The notes under the pieces: generated by a model | The model's input: only the letters and a program-made list of their open reading frames with translations | Databases searched by the model: none | What the model was told of the DNA's origin: nothing | Part shown: piece after piece, positions 39,361 through 50,682 of the stretch | How the letters are laid out: every line of letters begins with the position of its first letter | Numbering within the stretch: the first letter of the stretch is position 1 | Translations under genes and position numbers: made by a program | Origin: Dipteris shenzhenensis | Taxonomy: Eukaryota | Assembly: GCA_047967505.1 (NCBI GenBank) | Contig: CM106538.1 | DNA: 64,000 nucleotides | Reading direction: 5' to 3' (one strand)

Positions 39361-42300
39361 TATGCAATTGCTCTACTAATAAGAGGTACTCTCATCCAGT
39401 TGGATGGATAAGAAGGCCGAGTTCATCTTTTTAATGTGATTAGGTAGGCTCACTGCTGCATCGATCACTACCACAATCAGTTATGCATAATCTCCAAACC
39501 ACCATGTTAATCAGTGAACCGCCACTTAGAGTCCATGCAATAGCTCCCATGTCCATGAAGGCAATCATGTGCACCATGAGCAAAATAATGCCTATCACAT
39601 TTTCTACATAATACTACCTTTGCAAGGGTTCGAATTTTGGAAGCTCTGCCAAAAGTAATTTTGTTTTGTTTTGTTTTTTTTCAAAGTTCTCTATCACTGC
39701 AGTGCTATAGGTCGGCTCCCTTTTGCAACAAGATGACCATGGTAAAAGCCTTGAAATTTTTCTTTTGTTTCTTTCTTTTCGTGGGCTTTCTCTCTTCTTA
39801 TTAACTTCTCACACAAGCCACGAGGTAGCCTTCTTCTTTCACAAGAGCATAACCAAAGCTCTAATACCACTGAAACCTTCCAGGTAATTATCTTCAACAC
39901 AAATTCACCACTTAATCAATTGGAGAAGAAGAGCACAATCACACCACGAAAATGACATCAGACTGGGTACAATCTCCCCCCCTAGATGAGTGGCTCATGC
40001 TTCCTCATCTAGAGTATTTATGATATTCCATAAAAGCACCAAGGAGCCAAAATTATCCCGGTCATCCAAAAATGAGGGATTTGCTTTACATAGCCATCTT
40101 AGGTCCCAAAATGAATTATGTCCTCAACAAAATATATTGCTCAAACTTGCAATAATAAAACAAATACAAAATTGGCCCATGGCCATTTATAATGCCCTGT
40201 GCGACACCTCGATCGGTACCCTCGCACTAACTCCAATTCTCGCTATGAGTTCCATCACCTGTACTCAAGCCGCCAGTTACATTAGTTATTAACAATCGAT
40301 TGAACGAATCACCAAATCAACCGATCCCAACATAACCACGCTCAAAGCACAATAATCAAGCACAACACCAATAACACTAGCGACATCAGTATTAACATGG
40401 AATCACCCACAATACCGACCATCTAGCATGGCAATACACAAGCTAGTCAGGCATCCCCAACTAACCACACAAAGTATCCACTAGGACCCCCGCCGCGTCC
40501 GGTGCGCTCCTATGTAGTACTTTGCCATAGTCACACTTGATTAAAATAATAATTTCCAAAGCAAGATATATTAGAAATTTAATTTCCATAACAAAAATAA
40601 ACACACGTCCACCAAGCACACACTAAATGCAGCTAGTAGAAAATAAACATACATCCACCAAGCACACACGCACATCAAACAACCACAGACAACATGCCAC
40701 ATACCAGACAACATGCCACATACCCGCCCGCTAACTACCACGTGGCACAAAGACCCCACCTCCGTCACATGCCCGCAATCCCAATGCTTGACCAAGACGT
40801 AGCACAATGACCCCTCCTCCATCACATGCCCATAATCCTCTCCCAACGCCCAACCAACACGTGGACACCTTCACCTCCCCACATCCATCAATGGTCAGGA
40901 ATCGATACCGATCGTCGATCTCGGTCAAAAATCGGGGCAACCGGCTCTCGGCCTCCAGCCGATCATAAGCATGCCCGATTTCCTCCTCTTTAAGAGCTGA
41001 CTCCCTACACCATAATGAGCGTTCAGGTTCTCTGCTCACTAGTTCCTAGACTGGACAAAATACTTGTCCAGTAGTGGGAAAGAGGAAGGCTTTTCAGTTG
41101 GATAAGGTCTTCCTACCTGCATCCTCGTAAGCTACTCACACAATCTCTACCTCCAGGCTCCCTCCCCCGTTCCCTGCTTCTACATTGTAAAGATTATTCC
41201 TCTTAGAGTTGTTTTGTGCACAGTCAATGACCTTCTCATCAAATGGCTCTCATGGCCATAACGTCTACATTTTTGCGATTGGACAGACTAGTACAGTCAA
41301 AACTTTTACAATGGTAAATTCTCTTAGTGTTTCATGCTTTTGTGAATATGTCTGAATTCACAAGAAGATTCTTTACATCACGTCTATTAAATATATATTG
41401 TTCTTCTTCTTGTCATGATTGCAAGAAACTACTAAGGAACCGCATCATCTCCAATTCTTGTTTCATCAAGGCTGTCTGAATCCTTCAACATGCTAGAGGT
41501 ATACAAGGGTAGTTTATGAGACCTACTTTTGCATGCATCCCACTCCATCACAGATTCATCATCGAAATGGTAAAATCCTTAGAAGGAAAATGTGTTGTAG
41601 GCATGGCGTTAAAAGAGTAGGAGACTTTAGGGTTTTGGAGAGTCTTGTGAGGGGGGGGGGATCAAGAGAATTTAGGATAAATTTAAGAAAATTTAGGAAA
41701 TCTAGCAAAAAATTAAGGGAAAATTGAGGAAATTTTGAGGGGTAGTTAATGGACAATTAAGTTGAGTTTAGGGATTTTAGACTAAAGGGGGTTAGGAATA
41801 GTTTAGGAGATTTTTAACTAGGTGGAAATTAAATCAAAAAGTGAGTAGGAAAAACCAGGGAAAGTTAAATAAGAAATAAAAGGGAGAGTTTTATTAAAAA
41901 AAGAAATTAGGGTTGGGCAGATTGCGGAGTGTGGACCATGGCAGACGCGGCCACAGACAACAGAATGGCGAATGGGATTATGGGAGCACAGAGCATGGAG
42001 CAAGGAGTCAAGGGCAGAGGATACATAGGAGATGGAGATTGCGGGGGAACTAGGAAGACTGGCAGAGAGTAGCAAGCATGCGACTTGAAAGGGGGGGAGG
42101 ATTCGTAAATGGAGTTTTGAGGTGGTGAAGGATAGATTAGAGGAGGGTCATTTATATAGAGAGAGGGTGGGGTAGTCGGGGAAGTGGGGGGGCTTTTTGG
42201 ATTTTTGGGAAGGTGGGTAGTTAAGGGAAGCTAAAGAGAGGGAGGGCGTAAAGGATGAGGAGGGGCATGGGATGGTGTAGTCAATGAAAGTGAGTGCATG

Positions 42301-42879
42301 GGCACCCTTCTTCAAGGTTATCTTTTTGCTTTGGGAAGGAACGTCTCCATTAAGGGCTTTTCACAAATCTCCCCGAGAGCAAGTTTTGGCTTTCCATTGC
42401 TAGAAAATGCTGGAACAAAATGTATAGTTTTAGAATATAATGCAAAGAATGATATTATATTAAAGCAAGAAAAATATAAAATTTGGCATGATGAATAAAT
42501 TTAAAGAATATACATAAATGCTTCAATATATTAATATGAGGAAAAAATAACTTTTTGACATGTGGAATAGTTCCAAAATGTTTGACATATATGCTTCATT
42601 ATATAAGTAAGAGAAAAACATACATCTCAAAATTCAATCCTCATATTCACAAATAAATAAAAATCAAAGATGAATGGAATTGAGTTTTCATAACGATTTA
42701 ATCAACAGCAAATATTTACATAAAATTGTAAAATAGGTATAAAATGTCAATCAAAAAAATCTAAAAAGTATAATAATAAAACTTAAACCTTTTATGCCAA
42801 ATATAAAACATCATCTAAGTTTCCAAGCATAAAGAAATAAAATTTCTATTTTAATGTGGCTACATGCTTTACTAAGACG

Positions 42880-43374
42880 ACTATGCTAACATGCTATATT
42901 AACATGACTTTGCTAACATGCTATACTAATGCAGCTATATTAACATGCAATACAAACTACTGACATGCGAAATGAACTACTAACATGCTATATTGATGTG
43001 GCTATATCTACATGCTAGTATAACAAACATGGTTATAGTAACATGTAATACTAGCTCCTAACATGAAAAACAAACCAGTAACATGCAATATTGGCATACT
43101 ATACCAACGTGGCTATACTAACATGCAATATGAACTACTAATATGCAAAACAAACTACTAACATGCTATACTAATACGGTTATACTAGCTCTTAACATGA
43201 AAAACAAACTAGTAACATGCAATATTGGCATGCTATACCAACGTAGCTATACTAACATGCAATATGAAGTGCTAATATGCAAAACAAACTACTAACATGC
43301 TATGCTAATGCGGCTATACTAACATGCAAAAAGAACCATTAACATGCAATACTAACATGTAATATGAACTACTA
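42880..43374. repeat. Degenerate minisatellite built on TAACATGC(T/A)ATA, with a ~134-bp higher-order duplication
   Basis: Many TAACATG cores; ~43050-43183 is repeated at ~43184-43320. Confidence 0.9.
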
Positions 43375-43726
43375 CAGTGGCGTGGACTGGGGGTGCAACA
43401 TGGGCAAATTGGAGGAGACTATGAACTGCCGCCGACTGGCCCACATGTGGCAAAGAGTTGGAGGAAGAGGGCAGACAGACTCTGGAGAAAAGGGTAGAGT
43501 AGAGGCAGATGGCTCCTAATGAGTGAAAGCGACACGCACGATGAAGGTGGCGGCCGGCACTATCAGCAAAGGTGGTGGCCAGTATAGAATCTACATATAT
43601 ATATAGTATAAATATATATAGTGTAAATATATATAATAATATGAATATAATAGCCCCCAACGAGAATATATGTAATAATATGTGTATATAACTTCTTATG
43701 TAATTCTCAGTTCTTTTTTTAGGCTT

Positions 43727-43789
43727 GAGAGAGAGAGAGAGAGAGAGATTAGAGATTTGTAAAATTTATAGCCGGTCACTTTCACAGGG

Positions 43790-43838
<49 letters not shown>
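43727..43838. repeat. Two (GA)n microsatellites
   Basis: GA runs at ~43727-43748 and ~43794-43838. Confidence 0.95.
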
Positions 43839-43842
<4 letters not shown>

Positions 43843-44726
43843 AGAAATTTCTCAAAAATTTTCGAAGGTTGAGATCCATAAAAAAACCTTAAACTATATT
43901 CCGCGAAATTAAAGGAAACCTATGATCCCAAGTTTGAGGCCTAGCGGAGCGGGTCTCTCACTCATCGTAGACGGGCCATGCCACTCGTCTTCTTTAAAGC
44001 CCCCTTCAAATGGTCCCTATCCCCCCTCTAGGCTTTACCACGTGCCTTCCTCTTTAATTCCCTGTTCTTGTGTGGTCCCTCTTAATTGAAACTCCTCCTC
44101 CCCCCTTCATCCCTTAGTTTAATCATGCCCTTTCCCTCTTCTTTTTGACCCCTTTCTCTTCTCCACAACTAATAAATGGGAATTTCCCATTTTTCAATGT
44201 AGGGGGGCACATACTTCAATGTATGGGTGCACATACTAGCTGAGCTACCAAGTTACACCTTATTAATTGTGTACATAGGAACAATTTACATGTGACCTTT
44301 GCCCCTTATGTACCAAGTGTACCATACTAGCTGAGCTACCAATTTACACTATAGATGTAGTGATAGATGTAGCCAACCACCAATTTACACTATAGATGTA
44401 GTGATAGATGTCGACAACAACCAAGCTTATCATAGAGGTAGCCAACTACCAATGTACACCATAGTCATTGTACCATTGCTAGAGCTTTTAGTCTTCACAT
44501 GAAACGGTTCCTAGACTGATGCATGAGAATGAATGCTTTTGTAAATTGTGAGTACTAGAGTCTAGGACTGATAGACTTATAACTGTGGTGTCCGTGTTGA
44601 AGGACGAGCACGTGATTGTAATGCGGTGCTGGTCTTAGTACAGTCATAAGGGGACTAGTCTCACAGTCTCACGATTCACACGCACGCAGCCGCTCCATGA
44701 GCATGATCACTGTCGTGGTTTACGCT

Positions 44727-45500
44727 ATATACCAGCTCAGCTAGCTCCACAACCAGCTCCACATGATCACCCAAGCTTTCATGCCCCTTCTTCTGCACTC
44801 TTTCATGACCGTTCGCCGCCCATTCCTTGTTGACACTCTTCTGCACTGAGGTTGCCGCAAATAGTAGAGTCTTTTTGCGCCCACTCGTTGGCGAGTCTAC
44901 TCGGCGTACATCCTCTACCAGCTGGCCTTGATCGATCGTTTCTTCTTCCTTCTGCATGCTGCTCCGTTTGTCCTCTCTCGGTGCTCAACGAACGCGGTCG
45001 CTCTGCTTCGACGTTCATCCATTAATCTACTCATTGTATACACCAGCGTGGCTCCCCCGCATCAACCTTCCACTCCTTACCGGTCCGACATGAGCATTTC
45101 GCCTCTGTGACATCCCTTCTAACCGTTTGTACGAGAATACTTGCTGTCGCATTGAGGCGCTGATCGTTTCTCAGCTCGTTTCTCAGGACACGTCGCCTTT
45201 CAGTTACGTTTGTATCTCTTTGTTTGAAGGTACTCCACTTCTACTTTTAGCCCGCATTGTAATTTTTTGATGTACTTGTCTTGCCGTTTTGTTCTCCCTG
45301 CAGCTTGCCGTTGTTATTATTCTGTAGATTTTGCTCACCGCAATTCTATCCTAATTTGCGAGTTGTATCCTATAAATTCGGGCCTATCGTAATATTGGCA
45401 GTAGTTGAGTATCCACGAAACTGTAATTTCACTCCTCATGAAGTTTGCAAGAAAGCCTGTGAACATACATACTGGACTAGTCTAATCTAACAAGAACATG
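44727..45500 (+). ncRNA. Putative spliced lncRNA or short-ORF transcript in a CpG-rich island
   Basis: TATA-like CTATATA at ~44727; CpG retained relative to flanking TEs; candidate 74-nt intron AAG|GTACTC..TTCTCCCTGCAG at 45230-45303. Only short ORFs (44763-44849, 44956-45093). No expression data. Confidence 0.35.
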
Positions 45501-46161
45501 GATTCCCTTGGCCCTTCGTAAGGTTCCTTAATTAATTAGGGCTCTCAATGATTCGTGATTCGGAGAACTCTTTTCACGATGATATGTATGATTGACTTGA
45601 ATTCCCCAATAAGACCTCATATACTTACTGAATATCAGGGATGGAATGGCGAATGGAATGAGTTCGATGGACTGAAGAAATGAAAGCGATCAAAGCCTCG
45701 TATCGTCAATTGAATCGTGGTGTGAGAACTATTTGGCCATCTTCTACCGTTTAGCTTTTTGACATTTCTTGTCAGTTACAAGAACTCGGACAAGCTCTTC
45801 TATATACGACTTTTCAGCTTGGTTTAAATGCCTCTGAAGATCACTTTTACGGCCCTTCCTACATCTCAAAATGTAATGGATTGAACTCTAGAACGAAGAG
45901 CTTGGAACTTTGCATCAAGTTAAACATAAAGTGAGCTCATCTCGAACATAATACGCTTTACTACCAAGAACTGAACCAAGCAGGCATCTTGAATACCATG
46001 GATATAGTAGCTGAACAACTGAGAACAAATAACAAGCACGGAAATCAGGGCAGCACACTTGTAGGATTTAGTTGACAGTACCCGACCATCCGAACTGAAG
46101 GAAGGAACGACTGAGTGTGCAGAGGAACCTCGTTGCAATAGTGGTGAGTTAGAAAGCGGGA

Positions 46162-46485
46162 TGAAGATAGATTTAGGAAGGTTTGGTTTGTCCGTAGTGG
46201 AAGCGGCGGGCCCAACCATTGCCGGAGCTCTTTTTCGACGCCGGACACAACAGGGAGCTTGTTTAAAAACATATGTTTATAAATAAAACCCATCATTGCA
46301 CAAGCGTGTGTGTGGTGTGATGGTAAGAACATTCACATGATAACACGTCGCGGGTTCCATCCTTTCATCCACAAATTAGCTTTTGTTCATTTCCACGCTC
46401 CGTTTTTTCGGCGACGGGAGGGAGGGGTCCACGCCTCTTCAATACAGTGGATACGACAAACCAAACCCCCCCAAATCTATCCCCA
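46162..46485 (-). ncRNA. 324-nt rod-like foldback; candidate long pre-miRNA or hairpin RNA
   Basis: 46455-46485 pairs with 46162-46192 over 31 contiguous bp on minus (5 G-U). Further nested helices: 46425-46440 with 46200-46213, 46409-46416 with 46217-46224, and 46363-46375 with 46276-46288 (13 bp, 4 G-U). Confidence 0.6.
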
Positions 46486-46998
46486 GGCTAGAAAGCGAGA
46501 ATGATAGAGGAGCTCATTGCATTGCTTCCTGAGCACGCTGACCACATCATTGAGAATCGAGTTATCTGACTTTATCTCGGATTTTGAATACCTCAAAGCT
46601 AGAGCCAATATCTAGCCCATGCATCCATATGAGCTGTGGTTCTCTTGAAGGAGTGCTATTCCTTGTTGTCATATGTGGCTCCTCTAAGGGTAGGCCAAGC
46701 ATAGGATAGGTTAGAGGAAAGGCCATCTACATTCTAAAAATGCAATGCCTCAGTGTAACTTGGATGTTAAATCGAAGTCGTTTTATCAACCTGAAGATGA
46801 ATCAGATATTCCACATGCTTTGGACTGCATGACACTGCCAAAAAAGATGCCCTATAGAGCCCTCCTTATGAATTTGAAGGGAGAAGGAAGGCAAGAGGTG
46901 AATTGTACAACAACTCCCCGCTGCCTGCTTCTGCCACCCTTCCCTCGGACCTCCATGTTAGTGTGCATATTGCTTCTTTGAAGTTCTGAGTTTACGCC

Positions 46999-47002
<4 letters not shown>

Positions 47003-47049
<47 letters not shown>
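47003..47049. repeat. (CT)n microsatellite
   Basis: Uninterrupted CT run. Confidence 0.95.
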
Positions 47050-47051
<2 letters not shown>

Positions 47052-50000
47052 CCCTAGGGTTTGCTGTAGGTGGGCTAGTTTCTGATTTTTGTTTTGCAAA
47101 ATGAGAAACCCGTTAGCCTTGGTGGCTTCCTTTGCTAGATGATTCACTACAAGAAGGCCTTTGTCCTCTTTGCATATTTTCTTGAATCTCATCATGTCCA
47201 TTCCATATCCGGTACAATCTAGAGAAAAAATCCTCTTCACACATGAATAGTAGATACACCAACTTGCCAGCCTAGGTCCTCTACAAAAAGATTCCATTAG
47301 CATCTCCAGCATGTTGATGAAACAATAGGATTGAATTGCCCACTAGTGGGCTAGAAGTCCCCGAGACAATCCACCATTTTATCAAATACGTTTTTGCATT
47401 CCTCCTTGAGCTAAACATATCTTGAACCTTTGGCTATAAATACTATGCATGGCTATTCTTATCCTACACATTACTGCAGTTGTTCGTCCCCTTTCAACTG
47501 TTGGTCAATTTTAGTGTTTTTGGTTGCAAGAGCATCAACCCCAAAGGCAAATGTCAGACAATCATAAAATAGGGGAGATTTGGGGTCTCAAAAGGACCTC
47601 GTAAGGAATGTATTAGGGGATCTAGTGAGGTTGATTAGGTGAGGGATGATGGGGTCCAAGGGGGGCCTAACCACCTACCCAAAATTTTAGGGGTCCCCAA
47701 TTCTAAAACCCCTTTTTTCATGAGAAAACTTGACTTTTAGAGGGTCTCAAGGTTTTTATATTTAAAAATTTGGCTTGCCATTGCTTTTGTTCTGCACATC
47801 TATTGCTTCTACTTTGAACCTCTGTTGATCTTACTCTGAGCCTCTATATTGCTACTTTAAACCTCTACATTGTTGCTATAATCTTTGCACTTGTTGTCCT
47901 ACTTTGAACGTTTACATCTAGTATCTTGCTTTGTTGCTTCTACCCTACACTTGGTATCCTACTCTACACCTCTGTTATCCTACTGTAAGCCTCTACTACT
48001 ATTGCTTTAAACCCTTGGTACTCCTTCTCTAAGCCTCTGCTACTCTTGATTTAAACCTTTGCACCTCCTTGCTCCTATACTGCATCTCTATTATACCTGC
48101 TAGCACTTCTCCTACTTTAAACTCCTGCTCTTGCACTTGCTCTTTGGCGTGCTATCACACTACGTCTTTAATGCTCCTACAACTGCTCCTCCCACTCCCA
48201 TATTACGAAATTTATTGCTCTTCTTTCTCCATTTTACTTTTGGACTATAGCTGTGTTAATTTTCAGTCTACTTCTAGACTCTGCTTCTTAATAACTACAC
48301 TTGTGCTATTATACTTTCATTGCACCCCCTCCAGCTCTATTTCTCTATTCTTGCAACTTTTCATTATATCTAGTACTACTAACCAAATGCCTATAAACTG
48401 TACTATGCTCTCATGTCACACCTCTCATACTACTTTTGCCACATGCATCCTTGCACTAGGGTGCATTGTGACACACATTCAAACTCAAGTTATTTTGTTA
48501 TAGGCCGCAACCCCATTGTGAGCCCTAGTCTAGGCACGAGCTAGGCATATTTTAGTCCCCAAAGTTTCAGTCCACAGAAGAGTAGGTTGGGTCACTAGGG
48601 AAAAGTGCTCCAAGGTATCCACCTAGCAACAAGCTCAATAGACGGTAGAGGGGCATGCCATTTGCACCAGTGCCAAGCACAGGTAGCAAAGACACCTAGC
48701 TGCACAGTCAATAATATGGAAAATATTTGACTTTTTGGTCAAGGATTCAAGGCCGTTTGGGACCATTCTAGTAGCCTATTTGTAGGCCAACTAGATTGCC
48801 TAGTTTGGGTCCAAAGGGTTAACCACATTGAGTCATTTGACTTGCCTTGCAAATCGATCAACCAGATTGGTTTGGTCGGTCAAAATCATCAGCAATCAAT
48901 CAAGTTCAGCAATATTAAAGGGTTCTTAGTCCCTTATTCCAACTAGATAGTACAAAAATCATGCACAACTGGCTTCCAACATTGGCATCTAGTCCCGCAT
49001 TCAGTGAACAACTTTTGGCTTAGTATCCACATTAGTAGCGCATGCCCTCAACCTTAGGTTTTGTGTATGGTACATGAGTTGACTTCAAAAGTCGGCTTGG
49101 TTCATGCAGAGGTTCGGGGTTCCCTAAAAGAGATGGATGGATGGCTTCTTTCAACATGTTATAGTTGCAAAAGTCAACATGGTTGGGATGTTTTCTAGTT
49201 TTGTATTTTGTTCCTACCCCAAACTATCGGTAGTACCATACTCCATTAGCCTCTCTCTTTCTTTCCTTCATCATGCATCCGGCTAGCTCCTATCTTCACC
49301 CATGTGCATTTACACCTTGCAAAAAAGAATGGGGGGAATTTTTCTTGGCAAGGTGTGGCATTGTAGCAATTGATGGGTCTAGGCATCTTCCATCATGGAT
49401 CCATCTAGCATTATAGCTCTCATGTGAGCATTTAGGGAGCATGACAGTTTCCTGTTAATGCACAATTGGTTTCTTTTCGAGCACTCTAGTCCAAAACGAG
49501 CACTATCAAAGTTCATCATGTGCTCAGGGGTCTTCCACCTTATGGCACAGTTCTGTGGACTATCCTTTGGTAGTTGCCATTACAATCCATTCTTCTTCAA
49601 TCTTTACAATAGTTGCATTTACTTTGATAGAGTCCTCCATTCATGAGGTTATTGCAGCTAGTTCCACATCCAACTCTCAAGGGTCTTCCATCCCTAAGAA
49701 AATATTAGCACAACTAGCAATGGTGGTGGTTGAGTCTCTTAGGCATACCACCCAAGGAGGTCTTACAGTTTCTCCACTTAGCTCTCAAGGGTCTTCCATC
49801 CTTCGGGCCATCTCAACTCAGCCAACATGCATAGATGATGAGCCTCTCAGGTCCACGACCCATGGGGATAATCCAATTTAGTAGTTTATTCTCTTGGGAT
49901 TCTCACCCGAGGAGATCATTTAGTAAGCACAATTAAGTCACCCGAGGGGATCATTTAGCCAGTGCAATTAAGTCGGATGGGTCTTCCACTCATTCGCATG

Positions 50001-50682
50001 TTTCAACATGCCCCATTAGTTCCTATGGGTCTTCCACCTAGGGAGCTTAGCCAGCTGGATCAGTTTCATTAGGAGATCATATAGTTTTTATAGTCATTTA
50101 TGATAGGTCTTTTATCCTTGGTGACATCTCAGGCCCATCAATAGTTATAGTAGATGAGCCTCAATTGTAATGCACCTTCCTGACTCCATCAACTAATTTA
50201 GTTTCGATGGGTCTTCCACATATAAAGCTCAGTTGGTCACATCAATTTCGCTCAAGGTAACTCACACTTCACCTTCTATTAGGAGTTTTCAAGACTAGTG
50301 GGCTCAATTTTGGTACCATTGGGCTTTAAGCTCAACAGGATGGGGCATTGCAAGAGTTTGCCATACAAGTTTTGGACCTCGCAAGAGGGAGTACCCCCAA
50401 AAAAGAAGTAGCAGGTGTAGTTGTCAACAATACAGGTGTTGATGATTCCTCATCAGTCAGTGAGGATAGTCATGTTGTTTCCTCCACGGTTCCCTTCCCC
50501 TCATTCAGAAGGGGAGTGGCCATTGCAGTATCATTCAATAGAGAGGTAGATGATGCTTATTATTATTGTGTCCTTCACTCTGTGAGGTTAGTCATGTAGT
50601 TTTCTCTTCCTCAGATCTCGAGCCACCAACAGTAGTATTGACCAGTGTCCTTATGGTCAGGTCCCTTGGTATTAGGCAACAA

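Noticed and set aside
37100-42300. Host gene or classifiable DNA transposon on minus
   Set aside because: Short ORFs without recognisable domains or a consistent exon chain; a PPT-like tract near 39973 hints at an LTR element, but boundaries could not be fixed.
42880-43374. CRISPR-like array
   Set aside because: Eukaryotic context, degenerate short units and no unique spacers.
44763-44849. S1-bZIP sucrose-responsive conserved uORF
   Set aside because: Only vague similarity, the conserved C-terminal part is missing, and no bZIP main ORF follows.
45540-45700. Box C/D snoRNA cluster
   Set aside because: Only imperfect C boxes, no terminal stems and no rRNA-antisense element that I could recognise.
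46162-46485. Telomerase RNA, SRP RNA, RNase MRP or viroid identity for the foldback
   Set aside because: No CTAAACCCT-type template, no recognisable USE promoter element, and no SRP, MRP or viroid conserved-region motifs were seen.
46852-47312. ER-repeat proteins in the ORF track
   Set aside because: These are translations of the (CT)n microsatellite.
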